The position numbers were made by a program, and so were the translations under genes. The notes under the pieces were generated by a model. That model was not told the origin of the DNA, did not search any database, and saw only the letters and a list, made by a program, of their open reading frames with translations. Positions 1-12,504 of a stretch of DNA of 64,000 bases are shown one piece after another (the first letter of the stretch is position 1; each line of letters begins with the position of its first letter). The stretch comes from Octopus sinensis (taxonomy: Eukaryota): assembly GCF_006345805.1 (NCBI RefSeq), contig NC_042999.1, positions 95,418,001 through 95,482,000 on the forward strand, written 5' to 3'.

Positions 1-656
1 AGCGATGGACCCATGTTTCATCGTGAGTGATAAGTCGGTCGAAGATGTCCTTGTTTTCTTGACACATTGCCAAAAGAGTTTAGGAGCAATTGACTTGTTA
101 CTGTGTCTGAAAAGGTGTGAGCATCCAGGAATCCATTGTGCAGGCAACTTCTGCATGTGCAAATGGTCGTGAATGATTTTTTTTCCATGGACCCTACACT
201 TATCTTCACTTCTTGAGCTAGTTGCTGAATAGTTATGCAGATTTTCCAAGATAGTGGTTTCAACTTTATGGATGGTGTTGTCATCAATGGCAGAATGTGG
301 TCATCCAGAAATAGGAGCGGTTTCCACCAATGTCTGGCCAATTTGAACTGGCGATGCCAGTACTTGATTACATTGTATGATCATGCATCATCACCATAAA
401 CTTCTTCCATCTCATCAAAAGTCTCTTTTGATGTACACCCTTTCAAATATAAGAACCTGATCACTGGTCTGCATTCAACTGCTTCCGTTATAACACCTTA
501 GTCCACGTCAGTATTCATAAAGGACAAATGAATTCTAGTGGAAAGCTACAATTTACAATGTGACATGTACAGCCATGTATGGTTATACCTGTACAAGTTT
601 TGTTTCCTGCAATAACTGGAAGTGGGTCAAGGAAAATCTTCAATGAACACCTCTTG
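1..656 (-). mobile_element. Mariner/Tc1 transposon relic (5' TIR and N-terminal half of transposase, frameshifted)
   Basis: Minus strand reads VECRPVIRFLYLKG..ETFDEMEEVYGDDA*SY, then ITIQQLAQEVKISVGS..IIHDHLHMQKL..WIP (mariner HTH and WVPxxL-like linker). TIR-like TA|CAAGAGGTGTTCA at 656. Confidence 0.85.
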
Positions 657-786
657 TATATATGATACATCTGCAACAGTCTCAAGTACTAAATTTAATT
701 TATTTAGTCAATTTATGTATGCAGTAATAGCTAAAATCTTTGGGTATACACCATAGAAAACTGAACTCTGCTAACACTTCAGTAAT

Positions 787-819
<33 letters not shown>

Positions 820-3019
820 CATGCTTGCACACAATGAGCTTTTGTACACTTTCCAGCTATCAAATTTTATGCATACAGAATTGGTTGGCCTGAGGCTATA
901 GTAGAAGATACTTTCCAAGATGTCACTCTGTGACATCTTAGAGCTAACCCTCAAAGGTATCTCACATCAGTTCTTCTACATGCATTAACTCTTGAGTCAT
1001 TACTGCGGAAATATAGTGGTGCTTAGCATATGTGGACAATGTTACTATAATAATATTGGGCACCACAGAGGTTCAGGTGTTTAACAGTGTTCTGGAGGAA
1101 TACAAGCTTGGGTAAGTCACTAGATAGGCAAGACCGTGTCTGTAGCCAGTGGGAAGAACTTGAAACCATGTAACTGTGAAGTATAACTCTTCATTACACA
1201 ACCATATCTGTGCCCATTATATTTGTAAAATAAAATTATTCTCTCCCAAGGTTTCATCTATTCTTATACACACCATTTATTGCTTTAATAAATATCTCTG
1301 TTGTGACTATATAATATTTGTAGTTTCTTACCAATTGTCCATAAAATGATATTATTTGTGTTTCTTTTACTTTTAGGTAAGTCTTCTTGAATATGAGGCA
1401 GGTAAGTGCTTGATATTGTATCAAACTAAAGTAACAGTATATATGTACATTTTGCAAAATTTATTTGACATAAGTTGACCTTTTATTCTGTGTAAAGAAA
1501 TATTTTAGAAGTGTTTAGTTTGAGGTTTGCAGTGCAATTTATGGTTAAAATGATATGGGATGTAAATGACAGTGATTTAAGAAAGTTTTGCAGTGACAAA
1601 ATTAACAAGTGTAAATGTATAGAAAGCTATATTGTAATGGCAACAAAGAGAGTGAAAGTAGACACTGCTCAGAAGAGAAGTTGTAGTTTTGAAGTGTGGA
1701 CAAATGTCAGTGTGTTTATCAGATTTCAATTTACCATTTTGTGTATTGGGTGTACCATTCTGTATGGTTTTAGCAATGTTCTTATGCAGAGCAGGTATGC
1801 TCTTTGTAAAAGTGTTAGTTCCTTTTAAAAGTTGAAGTAATATCTATTTTGTAAAAGAAATTTAATCTAAAAATGGTCATCAGAGATTAACAATTTTATG
1901 GGACATAAACTTTTTACTCTATTGTTTATAAAGAAAGTAAATATATTATGAATGTTTCCTTGAAATTTATTCCAGTGTTTTTGTACTTTTGAACATACTC
2001 AGTATTCAAATCCTATTGGAAATTGTCTGGATGGTTTCCATTCATAATGGACACAAGAGTTGATAACAATTGAAAGAACCATAAGTTTATTAAATGATGG
2101 GAACAAAGTTAATATAAATGGTATACATTTTAGAACAGACACTCTCTAACATACATATTTCTTGTCTCCATTAAAAATCATCTTTTTCTCAACCAAGTGG
2201 AAATATAGAATCTTTGAATTTCTACACAGGAGAGGAATATAATTCATTAGAACATGAGGATATAGATGGGTTAGGAAAAGAATGCTAACTGGTAGTTCCA
2301 AGCAAGTAGTCAACTGGATTGAAAATTGTATAGAAGACACATGAGTCACAAACATTAGCTAATGTTTGTGATGGTGTGAAATTTTAAAGGATGACACATG
2401 CTAGATAAAGTGTTATGATTTGGTAGCTAAAGATTTACAATGGACATTAATGCTAAAAGGATATTTGCGATAAATTATATCAAACCTTAGAGCAAAATTC
2501 TTTAGCCTATTTTTTTGTCTAAGAGCAATTTGACAATTTCCAGTATTGTGATAGACACCATTTATTCAAAAGATAAATTTATATTCAAACTTTGTGTGTC
2601 TGTAATAAAAGATTTTAGCATAATGTAAATTTGAAGGTCCACAATCTCTAGTTTCATATCTTCTGTGCTTACTTAAATATAATAATGAATGCAGCTAAAT
2701 CTGTTAGATTTATGTGACATGTAAAAAACAAAATGTGATCATTGTTTCCATAATAGTAGAAAATTGAAATCACTTTTCTGAAACATTTGAAGGTGGTTAA
2801 TGAAGAATGAGGGCTAAAGTCAGTACTACTGTTCATTTTATTTTTTTTTATTATTTAGAAAATATACAAACTTCAACTTTAGATGGGAAATTCACCAAAC
2901 GTTTTGTTTGAAATTGCAAAGCAAATACAAATTCACAATACTACTGGCATAATGATTTTCCCAAGTTACAACAAAATTTTATGTATATATTATTAATATT
3001 ATTTACTTTTAAACTGCAC

Positions 3020-4390
3020 GTTTGTTACAATTACTTGCTGAGACACACCCAGCATCAGTCACATCAAAAAGGCCCTCAGCCAAATTTTAATAGATGTGGC
3101 TCACATACAGAGAGGGAGGCAGTTTGCCAGCATTGAGGTTCTCTTTGAAAGTGAGGACCTCGTGCGAAGACAAGCAGTATCACCCCAGTGGACTGAGGAG
3201 TTGGTCCTGTATCCCTCCTACCTCTGAGAGAACAATGGGGATTAGGGTAAATGGTGTGCCACCGGGTATAAATGTCTAGAGGATCGTTGCCTGTGTGGTG
3301 CAGAACCCAAAGTTACTCCTGGCAGTAAAAAGGAGTAGCAGGGATAACTGGTGTGGGATCAACTTGGAGACATTAATCCATGTGAAACCAGAAAATATTG
3401 TGAAGATCCTGGACCTGATCCAGCAGCCCAATAGGGTGGAACTGCCTGCCTTCGTAGAAGGCAGGAAACCCAGATGTGACACCTGTGGGTCCACAAACCA
3501 CCTGAGAGCCTTCTGTCCCCCAAAAGTTGGAAGGTATACAGCCAAACCTATAGCCTGCAGCTCACCCTCAGCAACAGAAACTTTTTAATAGAACTGCAGC
3601 CTCACCAACAACAGATGCATATGAATCCCATATATTCGTAAAAATCACTCAGATTGTTTGTCAACCCCCCCCCCATCCCCTCTCTCAAACATACACTCAA
3701 ACAAGCACACGCACACTATTACAGACACACACTCCCCAAGACAGACACTAGCCACTACTCATCCTGAGTGAAGAACTCCACAAAGTAAAAAAATGAAAAA
3801 GGCAAAGGAAACAGAAGAAAAAAGAACCTACATTAACACCTGAAAACACAGAAACCCCTAATACATCGAACGTAGACACAACAAAAACAACGCCAGCACT
3901 ACCATCCCCACAGCCACCATTACCCCAACCAACTCCACCATTGAATTCATAACCACACATAGCCACCAAAAGAAACCTTACAGTCAATACAGAAACACCG
4001 AATGATATGCTCATGAGGAGAGCCAGCAAAACTTTATTGGCTCTCATAGCCAAAAACAAGCAAATTGAGAGAGAGGGTGCAATTTATGACACCAGCACCC
4101 TTAAAGTTCCAGATCATTTAATGTTAATACGGTTACCCCTCAAAGTATACAAAGAAATTCAGAGGGACTTCCTGTATGACATGGGAAGTAGATAGAAGTA
4201 GTATAAGTTGTCCACATTTCAAAGTCATTAGCTATATGGACTATAAATTTATGATCTGTATGGTTGACATAGATAGGACCCATAGACAGGGCCCCAGATA
4301 CTGGAAGCTGAACATGTCCTTCCTGGCACACCAAGCTTTCAGAGACCAGGTTAGCAACTTCTTCAATGATGTAAAAATCATGTTATAATC
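3020..4390 (+). mobile_element. L1/Tx1-type non-LTR retrotransposon relic (ORF1 zinc knuckle plus end of APE endonuclease)
   Basis: ORF 3295-3588 has CDTCGSTNHLRAFC (CX2CX4HX4C). ORF 4176-4388 has DYKF..GPRYWKLNMSFL..FRDQV, matching the SDH..GxxYWKLNxSxL end of L1/Tx1 endonucleases. Multiple stops and deletions. Confidence 0.75.
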
Positions 4391-5072
4391 ACACCTACTT
4401 TTTCCTTCAGTGGCTAGATTCCCTCTTTATCAATATGTCAACAAAACATGAAAAAAGAAACACCAAAAAACATTTTGTTAGGTCATTTGATGAGATGAGT
4501 TTTTGAATGAGTTAATAAGAAAATCTTTGACCTCACTGCTTAAGGCATGAGGCAGAACACTGACAAAAAGGGGAAATTGGCATGTATCCAAAGAAATTTT
4601 ATTCTCTGCAAAATTAGCATTGTGTTGGCCAAACCAAATAAGAGGATCCCCTGTGAATGGAGAGGTAGCAAAGAATAAAGTGACCTGAATAGCTAGCTAT
4701 TACTACTTTCAGAAGGAAGTGATAGGAAAGATGAATTTGCCATATTTAAGCACAAGTTATTTGCAATCACTCAAATAAAAAGGATATGGAAAGATTAAAC
4801 ACGTCTCAATACTGTCAACTTGGAAAGGTTCTTGATGAAATTTGCTCCCAAATCATACATTTGAAGGTTGATGAAATGTTCCTCAGTATTGAAAAGTTGG
4901 TTATTAACAGTATGTTATGCACATAAAAAATGCGAGAGGTAGAAAATATGTGTCTAACCTTTTGAGAGACATGCTATTAGCAAATCACTGTTGTAGATCA
5001 AAAGGTTGGTGGGCTTGCAGTAGAAAGAGTTACAGGCTCCTGGTGTCTGCCCCTTTTGTTCTTAACCACTGT

Positions 5073-5359
5073 GGGCATATGGCGTAGTGGTTAAGCGCAC
5101 GGGCTACTAACTCCAAGATTCTGAGTTCGATTCCAGGCAGTGACCTGAATAATGATGATGATAATGATAATAATAATAATAATAATAATAATAATATCAT
5201 CATCATCGTCATCGAAAAATACCTTAGGAATGAGAATCCAGGTTCAAAATTTCCCCAAGACACCTGATGAAGGCTGGAGGGTATATCAGCCAAGCAAGGT
5301 GAGGACAAATATCCATCAAATGTAAATAATGTACATTTCCCATCTCTCAAATATAGAAC
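5073..5359 (+). mobile_element. tRNA-headed short element with hammerhead-like 3' module (copy 1)
   Basis: A box TGGCGTAGTGG, B box GAGTTCGATTCC, (AAT)n, then acacCTGATGAaGGCTG..CAGCC. Shares the 3' end catctc..aaatatagaac with copies at 10010 and 23937. Confidence 0.8.
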
Positions 5360-8300
5360 CAATAGATATATCTTATATTATAGTAATACCTGACTGAAAA
5401 CATGAAAATCTCAAATCACCACCCTATTGTGCCACCCAATATAGACATATCTACATCATATCCTTAAATGCTAGAAATAGCAGTCTAATTTCCATCAAAC
5501 TACACTCTAATCTTTTGTATATTTAAGGTGCATGTATCATTTTACTTTGATACAATCCCTGAGCATTGCCAGGTACCTTTGGTAGTTCCTTAATAAATTG
5601 TTCATTATTCTTTTTGCTGTAGCATACTGCAATGAAATATTTCTAGAACCTAATGCATGTGAGCATTGGTTGTGGGAACTTCTGAAATTTCTTCCAAGTT
5701 CCATTTTTTCCCTTCTGATTCAGCATCTACATGAAGAGTAGCTTGACATATTTTCTATCATTGTAGCTTCCTCTTCAACTTTGTCATCAAATTTTCAAAT
5801 TCTTCATTTCGTATATAATTTTTGACTTTGAAAAATTTTATTTGTAACTAATTCTTTGTGAGTTTTATTGTTTGCTTTAGAAATTACATATTTTTAAAAT
5901 CTATTTTGAATAGTCTTCTGCGATTTGATTCCATGACATTGCTAAAATATATGTAACATAACAAGAAGGAAAATCAGTTTTGTAAGTGTATTTGCATCAA
6001 ATTGATTTTGGAGCTCATTAACATTGGCTAAAACTCATGAAATTTCTCTACAATAAGAAACATTTAGAGCTTATATAATACCTTGGTCACATGGTTATAT
6101 TAACAGTATAATGTTTGAAGGCAAGAAAATTACTTTGATGTTTTTTACTAACAATTGTCAACTAACAGCAATTTTTGCTTTGATTCCAAATACCACTTAT
6201 GTAACCAGTTGTTAAAATTACTTGTGGTCTTGCTGCCATTTGCATTAAAACAGTAATGAACAGATAAAATTTTGATATCCTTAGGATTATGACTTTTTCT
6301 AATCACTCAGCATTCTCATTTTTCTAACCCTTCATATCAGTTCAACAAAGAACTGTCAAGTACTCTTTTGAAGCTTTGAATTCTTTGGCAGTTTTATTTT
6401 TGAACATATAGCTGATAAGTTTGGACATTGCATAAAAATATAACCCTGTTTTTTCTGTTATGATATTCTCAGGAGAATATTTAGCAGTAATTTTTGGTCA
6501 TTTTGTCTCATCTACTGCTTAGCAGATAAAAAAATATAAAAATTGAAAAAAATTCCTTACTATGCATTTGCACATGATATTCTTTCACCTTCTCACCCAT
6601 TAAATCATCAGTCAGTTGGTATGGAACATTTTTCACCTTTTTCTCTTTTAAATGCTTTGGCTTTTTGATATATCAGTGATTCATTATTTGAAACACCATT
6701 TTTTTTTTGACATTTCCAAGCCAAGCCAAATTTTCATTGCTGACTAAATTTGCTTATCCTAACTAGGTAATCCCCTCTTATAATTTACATTCTCATTAGT
6801 ATGAGCTGATTTTTCAAAGTTAAGTCTGCTTTTTAAAATATTATGCCAAAGTGGTTGTGAAATTTTTATTATAACAACTTTTGAGCATTCCAATATTTTA
6901 GTTTTTCATGTAGAGACAAATTTTATTTTTCTTATTTACCTTCATTATCATGATGAATAATATTTTAATAATTGTCTACAAGTACATATATTCAAATGAA
7001 AACTGTAAATATTTTGGAGGTTAAAATTTTATTGCGTTGGCATTCTCATTGATTCCATGAGAAAAGTATCTATGACTGATGTTGTTCTGTGAGCACATTT
7101 TTGACTTTAAATATAGTTAGTGAAGAGGAATAATACGGTTTTATAAAAGGAGTGATAATAAATGTGGTTTACTCAAAATTTTTAATAACAATATCTGTAG
7201 TTTTGATTCAGCTACTGTCATAGGAATATTTGGATTCAGCACAGCAAGCTAATGAAACACTCATTAATTTTAAAGTGCTGTACTATTTGTAGTGGTGACA
7301 TATCACCCTTGTACCTTGTTATAACAAGGTTTTTCTTGGTGTACAAGTTGTAATTTACCATTAACTGTTAAATATCCTGTTCATGAACACATTGCAGTGC
7401 TGTTGATAAGCACTTTTTACATGCCCTTTTAGCAGGTAGCCTGGCATTTTACTGACTGAGCTAACTATGACTTTACAAATAACTATTTTTTATTCAATAA
7501 AAAAAAGAAAAAATCATATCCATTTATGATTTCTACATGTCATACTAGTGCATTTGAAAAAGCAAGAGTCTTCAGTCAGAATGAATTTTTAACCCTGAAT
7601 TATAAACTTTCTATTTAATACAGCTCTGACAATATTCAATATATGAGGTTTTGAACAGGGATCATTGTTAAACTAACATTGGTCTTTATTTTATTTGTAT
7701 AGGCTGAAGGACTGTGGTGGGAAAATTTCACAAGATTATCAAAATAGAAGTTGCTTTATTTCTTTTGTCAATTTTCTATTCTGTAACAGCAATATTTTAA
7801 TATGTAAAATCTATTAAAATGGAGCTTGCATTTCTTTCATTTGGTGAGCATTTTTTCTTATTTCATTTCGGTTATATTTTTATAATCTACAATGTTCAAT
7901 CAATAATACTTATATCTAAATGTATTTTAGCATAAAATGGATCGAAAAAGATTAGTTTTAATACCAAAGGAAAATATTTGGAAACTATCATAATGAAAGT
8001 AACATCTTATTCCTAAATCTATTTTTGTAGTGCTGGTCCATTAGCTATTTATTTAATATCCAAACAATACAGACAATTTTCTTTAGTGAATGAATAGTTG
8101 TGATTTTCAAATATGTTACCATAGATCTCATCAATAAAATTAATATTTACTACCAAATGTTCCAAAAGTAAATTGTTTAGATATATTTTACTTTATGAGT
8201 TTTTAAATTTTATTTTGAAGCTAAGGTTTTAAGGATTATATAATTTTATATAAGAATGTCTGTGTGTGCATGCATTTGTGTGTGTGTGTGGTTTGTTGCT

Positions 8301-8469
8301 AGTAAGCTTCTGAGAATCACTGAATCCAGATAAGTGTCATACTGTTTTTGTTCCCTTGATAACATATGACTTCTAAAACCAAATTGTCCAACATATTTTC
8401 TTTTTCTTTCTATAACAACATTGTAGGGCAACGCCATGCATTCTGCAGATATATCTATTAATACTGATT

Positions 8470-8610
8470 TTAAATTTTGGCACAAGGTCTGTAATTTCGG
8501 AGTAGAGGTAAGTTGATTATGACAATCCAAGAGTTCAACTGGTACTTATTTTGTTGACTCTGAAAGGATGAAAGGCAAAGTTGATCTCAGCAGAATTTGA
8601 ACTCAGAACA
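8470..8610 (-). mobile_element. tRNA-derived SINE fragment (same family as 12505-13180)
   Basis: Reverse complement of ttctgagttcaaattc..actttgcctttcatcctttc..aagtaccagttg. Confidence 0.7.
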
Positions 8611-8616
8611 TATATA

Positions 8617-9157
8617 CTAGCTCTGATCAAAAAGTATCAGGACTGGTACTATTAGAAGAAAACTACAACACATATCAATTTGGCATTTAATCTCCTTCAA
8701 AGTAGTTCCCTTTTGAAGCCACGGACTTTGTCCAGCATTGTTTCCTTTGATGGAAGCATTCCTGGAACTCCTATTTTGGGATAGCAACCAGCTGTCTTGT
8801 CATATTCTCTTGGATTTCCTCAACATCTTGAAATCTTGTTTCTTTCAAGTGAGATTTGACTTTTGCCTTGGTTTTGGGCTCATAGCCTTAGATCCATGAT
8901 TTGTCATCTATTATGTCTGTTTTCAGAAAGTTTTCTTCTTCCTCAACACAATGAAGGAGATCCTGAGCAGTTTCAACCCAATTTTCCTTTTGGGATGACC
9001 ACACTCTACACATTTTACTTCCAAGGACATATGTGAGTGAGAACTTAGTGTACATGCATGACTGAGTTCAAGGTGAATCTGCGCCAAGCAGCTTCATTCT
9101 GTGTACTTTAGCTCCATTTCCATAGCAACACCCCCGATACATTTTGATCAAACCCTG
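8617..9157 (-). mobile_element. Internally deleted mariner relic with both TIRs
   Basis: TA-flanked imperfect TIRs (ctagctctgatcaaaaagtatcagg / cccgatacattttgatcaaaccctg). Minus strand encodes the mariner C-terminus EFQECFHQRKQCWTKSVASKGNYFEGD*. Confidence 0.8.
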
Positions 9158-9535
9158 TATCTATTAATATTAACAGTATTAATAATAATTACAAAATATC
9201 TGCTATCAGTATTAAATATTGTGTGATATATATTAGACTGGACCTAATTCATATATAATTACTTAGTAATAAAAATAATGATGATGATAATAAATTATTG
9301 TTGAATATTAAATAAATTCCATTTATCTCTTGTAGAGAAAAACACATTTGGGCCAGTAACTCTCTTAACCGTTTCTCACCAGCATTTTTATTATGACACA
9401 CATAATTCACCACCCACTGCTTCACTGATTACCACACCCTTTTCCTTCAGATATAAATATGGTATATGGGACTATTCCCTCCTACTACCTCATACTTTTA
9501 TGCATGCATGTGTAATTAAGATTCAGTTGAATTAG

Positions 9536-10077
9536 TACATTGTTTACATTATTTACAAACCACACACACACACAAATGCATGCACACACAGACAACTTAT
9601 ATAAAATTATATAATCTTGTTTGTTGTCAACATGTTTCAGCTGATTTACCCTCAAACGTTCATCAGGCATGTCTAAGGTATTTTTTGATGTTGTTGTTAT
9701 TATTATTATTATTCAAGTCACTGCCTGGAATTGAACTTGGAATCAGTAGCCCATGCCCTTAACCACTACACCATATGCCCATAGGCCATTATGGAGTGAA
9801 TTTTTAGGGCTTATAAATCTAATATTTTCCTATCCTTCCTTAATACCGGTTCCCATATGCTATTCATATCTGCACTCGGTATGCTTAGGAGGTTGTTGTG
9901 TCCTAGCAGACCGAGTACAGATATGAATAGCATATGGGAACCGGTATTAAAGAAGTATAGGAAAATATTAGATTCATAAGCCTTAAAAATTCACTTCATA
10001 ATTACCTATGGGCATATGGTGTGGTTAAGTGCATGGGCTACTAACTCCAAGATTCTGAGTTCAATTCCAGGCAGTGA

Positions 10078-10116
<39 letters not shown>

Positions 10117-10267
10117 TAATAATAATAACATCGGAAAATACCTTAGACACCTGATGAAGGTTGGAGGGTATATCAGCCAAAATGTTTTGTTAACAACAAA
10201 CAAGATGAGGACAAATATCCATCAAATGTAAATAATGTACATAATCCCTCATCTCTTAAATATAGAA
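9536..10267. mobile_element. Palindromic (head-to-head) double copy of the tRNA/hammerhead element, inserted as one unit
   Basis: Arms are reverse complements around the loop ggttgttgtg (9891-9900). Flanked by the direct repeat cagttgaattag at 9524-9535 and 10268-10279. Confidence 0.85.
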
Positions 10268-10279
10268 CAGTTGAATTAG

Positions 10280-10868
10280 ATACTTAAACTGAGGCACCAA
10301 GCCAGTTCAGTATAGTCCACACAGCTTGAAGTTAGGTGACCAAAATGTAAATAAGTAACAAGGATGTCCAGGTAATAGGTAGCAATGCATTACAGCCATT
10401 TCAAGTGGCTCCATTTAATCAATCAATGAAAACATTACATCTTTTTGAAAGAAACCACTCTCCTCAGAAGCAGATGACCATATAGATTTCCAACATAAAG
10501 GATAAACCATTTTAAGCATTTATTGCAAATTTATATCAGTACTAGAAACCAAAATAATTACATTGTTTCCTTATATTATATTTGTGGCAGAATGAATTCA
10601 GAGAATAATGCATATCTATTCAATCCTACTATAGAGAGTTGCAGAGGAAAACAGTGGGGCCAAGATATAGGAGTGGTGTGACAGTTATTTATTTATAAGA
10701 TTTTATGCTGTAAATAGTTTAAGACCATTTAGAATTAAATCCATTGGGTGTTGTCAGCTATGTTCTAGTTGATGGTGATAAATTAATTAATTAGACAACC
10801 TCTCAGACCTTTATTTTACTGGGACCATATATCAATCTTTATCTACATAAAAGGATATGTCTCAGAGC
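10280..10868 (+). mobile_element. Penelope-like element ORF fragment (RT C-terminal/linker region), decayed
   Basis: Reverse complement of 14663-15186, which runs directly into a GIY-YIG domain. Confidence 0.65.
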
Positions 10869-12504
10869 TGCTAGTGAGAGAATGACTGATGGGGAAGAGG
10901 TGATAACCAGAAGAAGGAAGAACTATGGGTGGGTAGTCCTCATTTAGATTATAGTGAAAAACAAAAGAGGTAAAAATAAGCTCTGAGGGTGAGAATTAGA
11001 AATGAGAGATACGGGATGTAGTAATTCATAATTTAGCAAATTTATTATATTAAATTTAGAAAAGAATTATAGAACAATATATAGGAAAAGGATAGAAATT
11101 AAACTTAAAACCAAGTAATAGGGTACTTTAATATATAAGAGAAAGTTCTTAAGGCCTTTCCTAAACATATTGTTAAGGTGGTTGGAATAAAACCATTCCA
11201 CAATGAATTTATAAATGAATTAAATTATCATCTAAGTAGGAGTACATAATATATATTAAATCAAAACAAGGATTATTATCTTCATTACAAGTGGATAAGT
11301 ATAAAATATTGAAAATATGGAAGCGAATGTAATGGGTAATTGAATTAAAGGTATACAAAATGTATAATAGACTACATGCAGAAGTAATAGCTAAACCAAT
11401 ATGAGCATATAACTATTTATTGAATATTATACGATTTCCCATATTAGGTAAACTTTTATAAAAGATCTTGTAAAAAAAATTATTTGTAAATTACAAGCAC
11501 TATGAAAAGATTATGAAAGGATGTAAGAAAGTATAAAAATATCACGTATTTATATTAAAAAATTATAAAATTTATGGAACATAAAGTGTAATTAAAAATA
11601 TGAATATAATATTGTATTATATTATACAGTGAGTTCTAAAAGAAATTATAAACCCCTCTACAATCTGTAGAAGCCACACAAGTATAAAGGAGGGTACATA
11701 GATATATAAAAATTTAATAAGATAAAAAACATGAAAATGATATGAAAAAAATTAAAAGATAAAATATTTTTATATAAAGATTTTTTTATACAGAATTTAT
11801 AAAATGAAATATTTCATTACGGTTGATATAAAAGGTATAACAGATAAAAAAAGAGATAATGAGTAAGGATAAGTCAAGGTACGTATAACGAATGTTAATT
11901 AAAGAATAAATAAAGATAAAGATACCTTTGGAAGTAGGTTTATAAAATATTTGTTAACTATATCAGAGACATTGATTTATGTAGAATAATAACAGTTCCT
12001 TGGGAGTATGCCTTATACTTAGGCGAGGCACAAGATTTTGTAATCTGTTACAAATTTATATATTACAAGAAAAACAACACCTCCGTGAGCCAGTAGCCGT
12101 TATGTTAATAGTTAGGGTAAAATCGCTTACAAAACGTTAGCTAAGGGAATTAATTCAACTGGTCTTGTGGCATAAGTTTAGATAATTCAGGTAGGGAATG
12201 AAAAAAAAAATGTGTTCAGAAAATCTTGGTGATTTGAAATTTGCCTTTTAGTGGAGAAGGATAGGACAAACTTTGCTGTTAATTGTTAGCAACACATAAA
12301 GGGAAGAGCAAATAATTTCAAGAAATATTTATTAATAAACAGCTGCGCCGTCTTGGGTCTAGGAATCCTGCTAGGCATGTCAGTTCTACAATACACCTCA
12401 GTCATACTTGAACATTAATGTGACTCAGTAACTTATTAAAGATGAAGTATATTCTAACCTTGAAAGGGAATCTTAATGTTTGGGATCCAGATTATGGCAG
12501 TGTT

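Noticed and set aside
10870-12210. Mitochondrial insertion (NUMT)
   Set aside because: Strand skew is suggestive, but no mitochondrial protein, rRNA or tRNA motif was recognised.
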